Shown here in pieces: positions 37,986-47,175 of a stretch of DNA of 64,000 nt. The stretch is from an uncultured Sphingomonas sp. (GTDB taxonomy: Bacteria; Pseudomonadota; Alphaproteobacteria; Sphingomonadales; Sphingomonadaceae). Location: positions 378-64,377 of the forward strand of contig NZ_CAMLAC010000002.1 in NCBI RefSeq assembly GCF_946477935.1, in the 5' to 3' direction. The notes below the pieces were generated by a model that ran no database searches, was not told where the DNA came from, and was given only the letters and a program-made list of their open reading frames with translations. Within the stretch, counting starts at the first letter, position 1. Each line of letters begins with the position of its first letter. The position numbers were made by a program, and so were the translations under genes.

Positions 37986-38525
37986 ATGCAACAGCGCGCT
38001 GTTCTCGCTGGCGGCTGCTTTTGGGGCATGCAGGATCTGATCCGCAAGAAACCCGGCATCATCTCGACCCGCGTGGGCTATACCGGCGGCGACGTCCCCA
38101 ATGCCACCTATCGCAATCATGGCACCCACGCCGAGGGCATCGAAATCATCTTCGACCCCGAGGTGACGAGCTATCGAAACATCCTGGAATACTTTTTCCA
38201 GATCCACGATCCGACCACGAAGGACCGTCAGGGCAACGATCGCGGTCTCTCCTACCGGTCAGGCATCTACTACGTCGACGAGGAGCAGAAGCGCATCGCC
38301 GAAGATACGATCGCCGACGTGGATGCATCGGGGTTGTGGAACGGCAAGGTCGTCACCGAGGTCAAGCCCGTGGGCGATTTCTGGGAGGCCGAGCCGGAGC
38401 ATCAGGACTATCTCGAGAAGCGTCCGGGTGGCTACACCTGTCACTTCGAGCGAAAGGACTGGGTGCTTCCGAAGCGCCAGGATGCCGGCGGTTCGCAAGC
38501 TGCGGTCGCTGCACGAGCTGAATAG
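37986..38525 (+). CDS. msrA: Peptide-methionine (S)-S-oxide reductase, copy 2
   Basis: [39 protein letters not shown]. Confidence 0.95.
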   Translation: MQQRAVLAGGCFWGMQDLIRKKPGIISTRVGYTGGDVPNATYRNHGTHAEGIEIIFDPEVTSYRNILEYFFQIHDPTTKDRQGNDRGLSYRSGIYYVDEEQKRIAEDTIADVDASGLWNGKVVTEVKPVGDFWEAEPEHQDYLEKRPGGYTCHFERKDWVLPKRQDAGGSQAAVAARAE

Positions 38526-38657
38526 GACGACACTCTTACGCGCCGCCGCCGACTGTGGTCGCTCACTTCGTGACCGCATCGCCATGCGATGCGGTCCTCG
38601 AGTTGGAGACTGACCAGGCACCCATTCGGACCAAGCCTGCCCGAGGATCGCAGCCGT

Positions 38658-39362
38658 ATGCCAGACTTCTCCTCGTTCCCGATCGCGCAACGATGGCCAG
38701 CGGCACATCCGGAGCGGGTGCAGCTTTACGCCGCACCGACGCCGAACGGCGTGAAGGTGTCGATCATGCTCGAAGAGACCGGGCTCGCCTACGAGCCGCA
38801 TTTCGTTGATATCTCGAAGAACGAGTCGAAGGACCCGGCCTTCGTATCGCTTAATCCGAACGGGCGCATACCTGCGATCATCGACCCCCTTGGTCCGGGC
38901 GGCACGCCGATCGGCGTCTGGGAATCCGGGGCTATTCTGGTCTATCTGGCGGATAAGACCGGCCAGTTCATGCCGATCGCTCCGGCTGCGCGCTACGAGA
39001 CGCTGAGTTGGGTATTCTTTCAGATGTCGGCGATCGGGCCCATGTTCGGTCAGTTGGGCTTCTTCCTGCGATGGGGCGGCAAGGACTTCGAGGATAAACG
39101 CCCCCAGCATCGCTTCGCCGATGAATCCAAGCGACTGCTTGGGATCGTCGATCGTCAGCTCGATGGACGCGACTGGATCACCGGCGAATATTCGATCGCC
39201 GACATCGCTACGCTCGGCTGGGTGAACGCGCTCGTTACCTCATATGACGCCGGCGACCTTCTCGGACTGAAGGATTTCTCGAACATAGCCGCCTGGCTCG
39301 AACGCGGTCTCGCGCGACCGGCAGTAAGGCGCGGGCTGCTCGTTCCGGCCAGAACTATATGA
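38658..39362 (+). CDS. Glutathione S-transferase family, YfcG/YghU-like disulfide oxidoreductase
   Basis: TPNGVKVSIMLEE, NPNGRIPAI, ESGAILVYL, YSIADIA. Confidence 0.9.
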   Translation: MPDFSSFPIAQRWPAAHPERVQLYAAPTPNGVKVSIMLEETGLAYEPHFVDISKNESKDPAFVSLNPNGRIPAIIDPLGPGGTPIGVWESGAILVYLADKTGQFMPIAPAARYETLSWVFFQMSAIGPMFGQLGFFLRWGGKDFEDKRPQHRFADESKRLLGIVDRQLDGRDWITGEYSIADIATLGWVNALVTSYDAGDLLGLKDFSNIAAWLERGLARPAVRRGLLVPARTI

Positions 39363-40327
39363 GCGTCATTGCCAGTTATTATTACAACGAGGGGAAGCGC
39401 GTTCGAGAGGTCGCGATCGACGAGAGTGTCGCGCCCGACAAAAGCCGATCAGGCTTCTGCTGGATCGGTTTGAGTGAGCCGACCACGGAGGAGCTGCGCT
39501 CGCTCCAGGAAACCTACGGCCTACATCCTTTGGCCATCGACAACGCGATGCACCCGCAATGTCCTCCGAAGCTCGAGGTCTACAACGACGAGCTTTACGT
39601 GGTCGCCAAAACAGCCGAGCTGGACGGAGACCGTATCCGTTACGGCAAGACGGCCATCTTCATGGGCCACAATCATCTTATCACTGTGCGACACGGGACG
39701 CCGGGCGCCTTGGGGAATCTCCGGGAGCAGCTTGAGGCATCACCGACGCTGTTCGGCAAGGGCGTCGACTACGTCCTCCATGCGATCCTGCACCGCATCG
39801 TCGACCAGTACCTCCCGATCTTCGAGATGATCGAGGACGATGTTCTGGCGATGGAGCGCCGTTCACTCGACGACTTCCTCGGCCGCAAGGAGGTCGCTCG
39901 CATTTTTGGCCTGAGGTGCGAGTTGACGAGGTTTCAGCGGACACTGGGAGCGATGGCCGAGCTGGTGCGCAAGCTCGTCCGGGGGCACTTCCCTTGCATC
40001 AGCACAGAGGTCCGGCCGTACTTCAACGACGTCGCGGATCATGTCTCGCGCGTGCAGGCAATGGTCGACGGCCTCCTGCAGGTCCTGTCGTCCGTTTTCG
40101 AGTTCAGCAGCCTGCTGGAAGCGCAGCGGACCGGCGTCATCACCCGGCAACTCGCCGCCTGGGCCGCGATCCTCGCCGTGCCCACCGCGATCGCCGGGAT
40201 ATACGGCATGAACTTCAGGCACATGCCCGAGCTGGACACCGCCTACGGCTATTTCGTCGTGCTCGGGGTGATGACGTTGTTCTGCCTCTTCCTGTTTTTG
40301 CGCTTCAAAAAGGCGAAATGGCTGTGA
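39359..40327 (+). CDS. CorA-family Mg2+/Co2+ transporter
   Basis: GLHPLAIDNA, C-terminal PTAIAGIYGMNF (GMN motif). Confidence 0.93.
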   Translation: MSVIASYYYNEGKRVREVAIDESVAPDKSRSGFCWIGLSEPTTEELRSLQETYGLHPLAIDNAMHPQCPPKLEVYNDELYVVAKTAELDGDRIRYGKTAIFMGHNHLITVRHGTPGALGNLREQLEASPTLFGKGVDYVLHAILHRIVDQYLPIFEMIEDDVLAMERRSLDDFLGRKEVARIFGLRCELTRFQRTLGAMAELVRKLVRGHFPCISTEVRPYFNDVADHVSRVQAMVDGLLQVLSSVFEFSSLLEAQRTGVITRQLAAWAAILAVPTAIAGIYGMNFRHMPELDTAYGYFVVLGVMTLFCLFLFLRFKKAKWL

Positions 40328-40421
40328 ACGCCGCTCCTCGCTCTTTGTTTATCTGCGCGGCCATTCACAGTGCTGCCTCAACCGGAACGGCCCTGATCGT
40401 ACAACAGGCAAAGGAGTACAC

Positions 40422-40994
40422 ATGACTAACCAGGTGTCCGACGTTCTAGAGGCCGTGCAGTCCTTCGTCTCAAAGGGCTATGATCGCGAGTACCGCGTCA
40501 AAGAAGGGCGCCTGGTCGATCTAGAGCTTGGATCCACGCTGGACGCCTGCGCAATCCAAGTTGATGCTGCCCTGCGCCTGGAAAGCGGCGACGACGCCGA
40601 AGACGCCTCGAACATCTACGCGATCACCGATCCCACAACCCAGCACAAGGGGCTGCTGATCGATGCCTTCGATGTCTTCGATGAGATCTGCCACCGTGAC
40701 CTGGCCGAACGTCTCTCAGAGCAGCGAGAAACGATGCCGGCCGGTGATGAAGACGTCCCTAGCAAGCACGGCCTGCGCAAGGTTTACAAAGCCGATTTCG
40801 ACAGTGATCCCGAGCGCTACGTCCTGCGCGAAGGCTTTCCGGATTTTCCAGCCTGTCCGTTTGGCGGCGCCTTCAACATCCTTGGTTTCGACACCGCCGA
40901 GCAAACGTACGTTTGGCTGGTCACGAGCATCATTCGCGACCCGCGGCTGATCCGCATCCCATACCAGGGCGAGGGTGTCATCTCAGACGAATAG
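40422..40994 (+). CDS. Acidic hypothetical protein (190 aa)
   Basis: AAGGAG RBS; overlaps the next gene region; no family recognised. Confidence 0.7.
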   Translation: MTNQVSDVLEAVQSFVSKGYDREYRVKEGRLVDLELGSTLDACAIQVDAALRLESGDDAEDASNIYAITDPTTQHKGLLIDAFDVFDEICHRDLAERLSEQRETMPAGDEDVPSKHGLRKVYKADFDSDPERYVLREGFPDFPACPFGGAFNILGFDTAEQTYVWLVTSIIRDPRLIRIPYQGEGVISDE

Positions 40995-41070
40995 CGCGGT
41001 CCGGCGAGCAGCAGCCGTTGTTTGGTCGCTGCGCTCACAATTCATGCTAGCGGAATCCAAAGAGGGTGAG

Positions 41071-41520
41071 ATGGATTGGAATAAGGATCACGTGCGGGAA
41101 ACGATGCTCTCGCTTGAAGCGGCTGCCCTGCAGAGCGCCCGCGAGAAATATCTGGATTATGTTTCCACCGCTCGGCTCGATCGAAGCGAGCCGATCGAGA
41201 ACGACGAACAGGCCCAGGCCGAGGTCGCGAGCGACTTCGCGGAAGCGCTCGACGACACGCTCGATGATTACGCCGACAAGCTCGACAAGCTCAGGATGAT
41301 CGACTTCGGACCGAAAACCGCAGTCGCGGAAGGCGCGCTCGTAAAGCTGTCGGGCCGCTACTTCGTGATCGCTGTCTCGACCAGCAAGTTCATGTGCCAC
41401 GGGCAAGAGCTCATGGGGATCTCAACGATGGCGCCGATTTATGAAGCCATCGAGGGCGCGCAACCTGGAGAGACTGTGCAATTCAACGGCCGCGATCTTC
41501 GGGTGGAAGAGATCGCGTAG
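41071..41520 (+). CDS. GreA/GreB-like protein
   Basis: N-terminal acidic-tipped coiled coil (DRSEPIENDEQ) and C-terminal GISTMAPIYEAIEGAQPGETVQFNG...VEEI resembling the Gre C-terminal domain. Confidence 0.55.
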   Translation: MDWNKDHVRETMLSLEAAALQSAREKYLDYVSTARLDRSEPIENDEQAQAEVASDFAEALDDTLDDYADKLDKLRMIDFGPKTAVAEGALVKLSGRYFVIAVSTSKFMCHGQELMGISTMAPIYEAIEGAQPGETVQFNGRDLRVEEIA

Positions 41521-41539
41521 ACCCCGACGAGATCGGCCC

Positions 41540-42820
41540 CTAACGTGTGGCGTGTCGACGCCGGTCTTGCTTTTGTATCATCGCGTCGAGTGCGCCCGTG
41601 ATCATCGGCGCGCTCGGGCAACGGGTGGCCCTCACCGCCAGAGAGTGCTCCGGACACCGATAGACGATGGCGAGCGCTGAAAGGACTGTCAGCAGCGCCG
41701 CGGCGTACAGGAAAAGGCCGCCGGGACCAGCGAGGCTCATTGCCACCCCGGCGACCAGCGGTCCTACGGCCGTCCCAATGCCGTTGAGCAGCAAAAGACC
41801 GCGCGCGGTTCCCAGAAGACGAGCGGCTGGGAGATCGTCGTTCGCGACCGCGACGCACAGCGAGTATATCGGAATACCGAACCCGCCGAAAAGGGCTCCC
41901 ACGGCGAGTAGCAGGGGCAGGGGTGCTTCGGTCGTTAGCGCGACCCCTACGGCGGCCGCCGCAGATGCGAGGGCGGCACCGGCGATGATCAGATTGCGGG
42001 GCACCCGGTCAGACAGCCAGCCAAGCGGCCATTGCAACGCCAGCGTGCCTCCAAGGACCGCGGCCATGAAGGCAGAGATCCCGGCTACATCGAGACCAAT
42101 TTTTTGGGCGAAGCTCGGACCCATTCCCCAGAATCCGCCGATGGCCAGGCCCGTCAGGAAGGCCCCGATCGTCGCGAGAGGCGAGATCGATAGAAGGTCC
42201 CGAAACGCGACCGGCTCCTGTTCAACTTCGGCCGGAGGATGACTGGGCAACAGGGTGATCGGCACCACCGCCGCCGATATGAGCACCGATACGATAAGGA
42301 ACAGCGTCACACCGGCGGGCGGCGCGATGTTGAGGAGCGCTTGCCCGACGGCCCAGGACCCCATCGAAACGACGCCGAAAATCGACAGGAGCTGCCCGCG
42401 GGTCGAAGGCAATGCGTGCGCGTTGAGCCAGCTTTCGGTCGCGAGGATCATGCCGGCGTAAGCAAGACCGGTGACCATGCGAAGCGGCATCCACGCCAAC
42501 GGCTCCACCAGCGCGGCATGAAGAATGGCCGTGATCGATGCGATGGCTGCGAAGCCGGCGAACGTCCTCACATGACCGACGGATACAATGACGCGCGGCA
42601 GCAATAGGGCGCCGATGGTAAACCCCGAGAAGTAGGCCGACATCATCGCGCCGATACTGCCACTCGAGAACTCTTCCTGTCCGGCCCGGACGATCAGCAG
42701 GGTGCCCAGCAATCCATTGCCAAGCAACAGGAAGGCGACACTCAGCAACAGCGCGGCCACAGGCGCGAGTGCGAGACCGCGCGTGGCAGCCACTTTGATC
42801 GACTCCATCGGAGGGGTCAT
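41540..42820 (-). CDS. MFS transporter (YcaD-like)
   Basis: About 12 TM; LLLGNGLLGTL, ESWLN, LGWLSDRVPR, YSLCVAVAND. Confidence 0.88.
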   Translation of the reverse strand: MTPPMESIKVAATRGLALAPVAALLLSVAFLLLGNGLLGTLLIVRAGQEEFSSGSIGAMMSAYFSGFTIGALLLPRVIVSVGHVRTFAGFAAIASITAILHAALVEPLAWMPLRMVTGLAYAGMILATESWLNAHALPSTRGQLLSIFGVVSMGSWAVGQALLNIAPPAGVTLFLIVSVLISAAVVPITLLPSHPPAEVEQEPVAFRDLLSISPLATIGAFLTGLAIGGFWGMGPSFAQKIGLDVAGISAFMAAVLGGTLALQWPLGWLSDRVPRNLIIAGAALASAAAAVGVALTTEAPLPLLLAVGALFGGFGIPIYSLCVAVANDDLPAARLLGTARGLLLLNGIGTAVGPLVAGVAMSLAGPGGLFLYAAALLTVLSALAIVYRCPEHSLAVRATRCPSAPMITGALDAMIQKQDRRRHATR

Positions 42821-42905
42821 CTTCGGTTCCGCCGGACTAACCAGCTCCCGCGTGATCGGTTTGCGATCGGCCAACGCGACTTTTCGTTGCGGAAGCGGGT
42901 CACGA

Positions 42906-43886
42906 TCACTGCGGCATCTCGACATGTCCGCCGAAGCCGAAGCGCATCGCCGAAAGCAGTTTATCACCGAAGGTATGTTCGACGCGGCTCCTGTAACGCG
43001 CATACAACGCGGCCGAGAGGACGTTGACCGGCACCGCTTCCTCCATCGCCGCCTCGATCGTCCATCGGCCCTCGCCTGAGTCGGAGACATGGCCCGAGAA
43101 CTGCTCGAGCATCTGATCCCGCGCGAGCGCAGCGGCCGACAGGTCTAGCAGCCAGGACGAGATCACGCTGCCGCGACGCCACACCTCGGCGACATCGGTG
43201 AGGTTGATGTCGAACCGCTCGTCTTCGGGCAGTTTCGCCGACGACCGACCCTTGAGTATGTCGAAGCCTTCAGCATAGGCCTGCATGAGCCCGTACTCGA
43301 TGCCGTTATGGACCATCTTCACGAAATGGCCCGCCCCGGCCGACCCTGCGTGGATGTAGCCCTTCTCCGCGCGCGGGTCGTGGCCGTCGCGGCGATCGAC
43401 TGTGCGCGGTATCGTTCCCAGACCCGGCGCGAGAGCAGAGAAAATGGGATCGAGATGATCGATCACCGGCTTTTCACCGCCGATCATCATGCAGTAGCCG
43501 CGATCAAGCCCCCACACCCCGCCCGACGTCCCGACATCGACAAAGTGGACGCCGCGCTCCGCGAGATCCTTGGCGCGATGGATATCGTCCTTGTAGAAGG
43601 CGTTGCCGCCATCAATGATGATATCGCCCGGCGCAGCGAGGTCGGCGATCGCGGCGATCATCGCCTCGGTCGGCTTGCCGGCCGGCAGCATCACCCAGTA
43701 GATCGCCGGCTTGTCGAGCTTGCTGCGCATGTCGGCCAGCCCCGAGGCACCTACCGCTCCTTCTCGCACGAGCTCGGCAACAGGCTCGGGCGAGCGGTTG
43801 TAGACTATGGTGTCATGGCCGTGCCGGATCAGCCGCCGGGCTATGTTTGCACCCATGCGGCCGAGCCCAATGATGCCGATCTTCAT
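42906..43886 (-). CDS. gnd: Decarboxylating 6-phosphogluconate dehydrogenase (short type)
   Basis: [49 protein letters not shown]. Confidence 0.95.
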   Translation of the reverse strand: MKIGIIGLGRMGANIARRLIRHGHDTIVYNRSPEPVAELVREGAVGASGLADMRSKLDKPAIYWVMLPAGKPTEAMIAAIADLAAPGDIIIDGGNAFYKDDIHRAKDLAERGVHFVDVGTSGGVWGLDRGYCMMIGGEKPVIDHLDPIFSALAPGLGTIPRTVDRRDGHDPRAEKGYIHAGSAGAGHFVKMVHNGIEYGLMQAYAEGFDILKGRSSAKLPEDERFDINLTDVAEVWRRGSVISSWLLDLSAAALARDQMLEQFSGHVSDSGEGRWTIEAAMEEAVPVNVLSAALYARYRSRVEHTFGDKLLSAMRFGFGGHVEMPQ

Positions 43887-43962
43887 TTTCTTCTCCGCCT
43901 TGCAACACATTGTGGTGAAGTTGGCCGCATCGATTTTGCGATATCGGCGCGCCCTTCCGGTT

Positions 43963-44451
43963 TCATGATGCTCGAGAAGGGTGTCGATACTCGGCCGCGC
44001 TGATGAAGCGGTCGAACGCCTCGCACCAGATCACCACCGTGTTAAATGCGGCAACGTCGACGTCGGCCGGGACGGCGATGATGAAGCCATTGAAGGTCTT
44101 CACATCGCCAATGCGGCGCGAATTGTTCTTGATTGCAAGGAAGGCGTCTTTCGTGCCCGCAAATCGCGGAGCGAGGTAAAGCTTGTAATCCGGACCGGGG
44201 GAGAGGCGGCCGATGTGCGCTATCCGTTCGCGCGACACTTTCACGTCTCCTTCGCCCCAGTGGACGAAATCGCTGCCCTCAAGACGGCGCTCGAATCGCC
44301 CGGTGTAGAGCGCTTCCGCTTCGGTCGAAGCAAACGCCGCCGCATCGGGCAGAGGCGGCGCCGTAAGGATCGGCAGGGCGTAGATGCCGGCGGCAAACCC
44401 CAGTGACAGTGTCGCGACATGAGTCGTGGCAAGGATAAGCCAACGGCGCAT
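43963..44451 (-). CDS. DM13 domain protein, exported
   Basis: N-terminal anchor; G.F...[21 protein letters not shown]. Confidence 0.85.
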   Translation of the reverse strand: MRRWLILATTHVATLSLGFAAGIYALPILTAPPLPDAAAFASTEAEALYTGRFERRLEGSDFVHWGEGDVKVSRERIAHIGRLSPGPDYKLYLAPRFAGTKDAFLAIKNNSRRIGDVKTFNGFIIAVPADVDVAAFNTVVIWCEAFDRFISAAEYRHPSRAS

Positions 44452-44454
44452 CGA

Positions 44455-44928
44455 TCAAGCCCGTTCCAGGTGCGCCACCAGCTTGTCCGCATCGAGGTGG
44501 AAGTCCGAGAATATGACCGCCCCGCTGGAGTTTATGACGCTGAACCAAGGCGTGCCCCGTGTCCGGTAATCCTCCATGAATGTGGGAAGGCGCGCGCCAT
44601 GCGGAGCAGGATCATGGCCGAAGACGACTGGCAGCTCGTACTTTAACTGGTTCGTCCGCAGCTTCTCGAAGGTGTTTTCGTGCTCGCCCTCGAACACCGT
44701 CTGGATCACCGCAAAGCCGACACCCTTGGTTGCTAGGGCGGCGTGGAGCCGCTGCAACGTGGGGAAGCCGTGCAGGTGGCAACCGCGACACCAGTGCTGA
44801 AACGCAAAGAGGATCTTCGGTCCTGATCCCAGCTGAGAGAGCGTAACTGGAACGTCCAGCTCCTTGCCGTCCCCGCCGATCCATTGCATCACCCGAAGCT
44901 CAGGGGCTGATTGCTCGGGAGCGGCCAC
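44455..44928 (-). CDS. Thioredoxin-fold redoxin (AhpC/TlpA-like)
   Basis: AFQHWCRGCHLHGFP (CxxC), GTPW cis-Pro motif. Confidence 0.8.
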   Translation of the reverse strand: MAAPEQSAPELRVMQWIGGDGKELDVPVTLSQLGSGPKILFAFQHWCRGCHLHGFPTLQRLHAALATKGVGFAVIQTVFEGEHENTFEKLRTNQLKYELPVVFGHDPAPHGARLPTFMEDYRTRGTPWFSVINSSGAVIFSDFHLDADKLVAHLERA

Positions 44929-45109
44929 TGTGTCTCTCCTCCTCAGTTATGCCGTTCGACATCCAGGATCACTTTTTCCAGACCACAGCGGGCGAGCCTG
45001 CCGGGCCTTCGCTGATGTTCTGCCTGCTCTCCGGGATCATGACCGCACCTTAAGCAGCCTTCGATGCCGATCCGGGCGTCGACACTATGAAGTTTGCGCT
45101 TTCTGTTTT

Positions 45110-45139
45110 CCAATAGCGGTAGGCTATAGTTTCAATAGC
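45110..45139 (-). promoter_or_regulatory. 30-bp LysR/OxyR-like box in the divergent redoxin / thioredoxin-fusion intergenic region
   Basis: Minus strand GCTATTGAAACTATAGCCTACCGCTATTGG; plus strand shows ATAG-N7-CTAT-N7-ATAG. Confidence 0.75.
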
Positions 45140-45244
45140 TGCGCTGTAAGTTCACAAGCTCGCGGCACTTTACGTGAGCTCAAATATGCGATGTTGCAGA
45201 AATCGATCAGGTGAATTCCTGTAGCGCTTCACTAAATAGATAGC

Positions 45245-46168
45245 ATGACAAACACTCGAGTTTCACATCGCGAGCATCGTGAGCTCGGCGACGTCGCATG
45301 GCTGCGCGACTACGATCACGCGACGGCGCTCGCGGCCGCTCAGGGCAAGCCCGTGTTGCTGCTATTTCAGGAAGTTCCGGGGTGCGCGACCTGCGTGCAC
45401 TTCGGGCAGGACGTTTTGACGCATCCTTTGATGGTGGAGCTGATCGCCGAGCGGTTCGTGCCGGTGGCGATCTTCAACAATCATCCCGGTGCTGATGCCA
45501 GGATAATGCGGCTCTATGGCGAGCGCTCCTGGAACAACCCGGTCATGCGCTTCCTTCGGTCGGACGGAACCGAGCTTTTGCCCCGTCTGGCGGATCGCTA
45601 CGATCCGCTCGCCCTTCATGAGAAGCTCAGCGCCGCTCTGGAAGCGCTCGGTGGCGACGTGCCGGCCTATTTCCGCCTATTGGGGCGTGATCTGCTCATC
45701 GAGCATGGCTTGAGCGAGGGGGGCGTCTACACGACGCCGTGCTTCTGGTCGGGGGAGACGAGCCTCGCTCAACATCCCGCCGTTATCACAACCGATGCGG
45801 GTTGGGTGGATGGCGAAGAAGCTGTGCAGGTACAGTTTGACCCGCGCGCCGTCAGCCGGGCTGACCTGAACACCTACGCCCATGCAGAGGGCTTCGCATC
45901 GGTGGCGCATGGCATCTTCCGCCTAGACCGCGAACCGCAATTCTACCTGCGCAAGAACGCCGTCCGCCATCTGCCGCTGTCGGCGGCGCAGCGAACTCGG
46001 ATCAACTTGGCCGTACCGTATCGCAATCCGATCCCTGACTTGCTCAGCCCGCAGCAGTCCGCTTGGCTTGCAGATCCGCTACTGCAGCGCGTGAGCGACG
46101 GAGAGACCTACCGCCAAGACATTCGCGATAGCTGGCCGGTGCTAAAGACGCAGCTCGGTTCCGCATGA
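45245..46168 (+). CDS. Thioredoxin-like (VPGCxxC) domain fused to an MsrA-like domain
   Basis: VLLLFQEVPGCATC...SWNNPV (VPGUxxT-type thioredoxin family, Cys form), then PCFWSGE...VITTDAGW..GEEAVQVQFDP resembling MsrA GCFWG.E...V.ST.VGY...EAVEV.FDP. Confidence 0.75.
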   Translation: MTNTRVSHREHRELGDVAWLRDYDHATALAAAQGKPVLLLFQEVPGCATCVHFGQDVLTHPLMVELIAERFVPVAIFNNHPGADARIMRLYGERSWNNPVMRFLRSDGTELLPRLADRYDPLALHEKLSAALEALGGDVPAYFRLLGRDLLIEHGLSEGGVYTTPCFWSGETSLAQHPAVITTDAGWVDGEEAVQVQFDPRAVSRADLNTYAHAEGFASVAHGIFRLDREPQFYLRKNAVRHLPLSAAQRTRINLAVPYRNPIPDLLSPQQSAWLADPLLQRVSDGETYRQDIRDSWPVLKTQLGSA

Positions 46169-46334
46169 AGTGGAGTGATCATTTCGGGACTCGATTGGAT
46201 CAGACGGCGGTCGATTGCGCTCCGATGCGATGATCGGGGTGTCGCCGCTCGCGACTGCGGACCACTTCCCAGGCTTTTCGTGTGCTCGCTCGTGCCTTTG
46301 TACTGGCGATCGCGCCGCATCCGATGCCCTAACG

Positions 46335-46364
46335 GCTATTGAAACTATAGTCACAGGGCATTGG
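46335..46364 (+). promoter_or_regulatory. 30-bp LysR/OxyR-like box upstream of the Mo-oxidoreductase operon
   Basis: GCTATTGAAACTATAGTCACAGGGCATTGG. Confidence 0.75.
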
Positions 46365-46569
46365 GAAAGGGCGCTCTTCCGAAGTTATAGTCAACACGTT
46401 GTCGCCACGAATCGTGACGAACGAAGTCATGTCTATACCGACAGAGCTTCAGGCACCTAGGTTTCAGAAAGTTTATCTTCGTTTCGATCCGCATGCGTAA
46501 GTCTTGTGACGCAGGGGAGTAAGCTGAAGACTAGGCCGGGGCTGTCGCGACGAACAAGGGGAGTCCGGC

Positions 46570-47175
46570 ATGGTCACCAGAGGTTTTACCGGTCGCGGAT
46601 CGGGCAGCGACCAGTCCGGCCGGATCCCGCCTGGCCAGCATCTCGTTGAGAATTTTCCGGTTCTGACCGCCGGACCGACCCCGGACCTCGATACCGCGAA
46701 ATGGAATTTCACGGTCAAGATCGGGCCGAAGCCCGTCAAGGTCTGGAACTGGAGCCAGTTCAACGCTCTGCCTCAAACCAGGGTGAAGAAGGACATTCAC
46801 TGCGTCACGTCCTGGTCCAAGCTGGATACGGCATGGGACGGCGTACTCATCGAGGACATCCTCGCAGACGCCGGGCTCGAGCACCCCACCGATTTCGTCC
46901 TCGTGCATTCGTACGACGGTTACTCGACGAACGTGCCGCTGGCGGATTTGCTTTCGGACAAGGCGATGGTCGCGCTCAAATATGCCGGGCAGCCGCTTCC
47001 GCGCGATCATGGCGGCCCAGCGCGCCTGCTCGTGCCGCACCTGTACTTCTGGAAGTCGGCCAAGTGGGTGAAAGCGCTGCAGTTCACGACGCGCGACGAA
47101 GCCGGCTTCTGGGAACTTCGCGGCTATCACATCTACGGCGATCCGTGGCGCGAGCAGCGATACACTCATGACTGA
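46570..47175 (+). CDS. Sulfite-oxidase-like molybdopterin oxidoreductase, no export signal
   Basis: RIPPGQ, DIHCVTSWS (Mo-ligand Cys), DGYSTNVPL, HGGPARLLVPHLYFWKSAKW. Confidence 0.88.
   Translation: MVTRGFTGRGSGSDQSGRIPPGQHLVENFPVLTAGPTPDLDTAKWNFTVKIGPKPVKVWNWSQFNALPQTRVKKDIHCVTSWSKLDTAWDGVLIEDILADAGLEHPTDFVLVHSYDGYSTNVPLADLLSDKAMVALKYAGQPLPRDHGGPARLLVPHLYFWKSAKWVKALQFTTRDEAGFWELRGYHIYGDPWREQRYTHD

Noticed and set aside
45245-46168. Selenoprotein form of the VPG(U)xxT thioredoxin
   Set aside because: The codon is TGC (Cys) and the ORF is uninterrupted.
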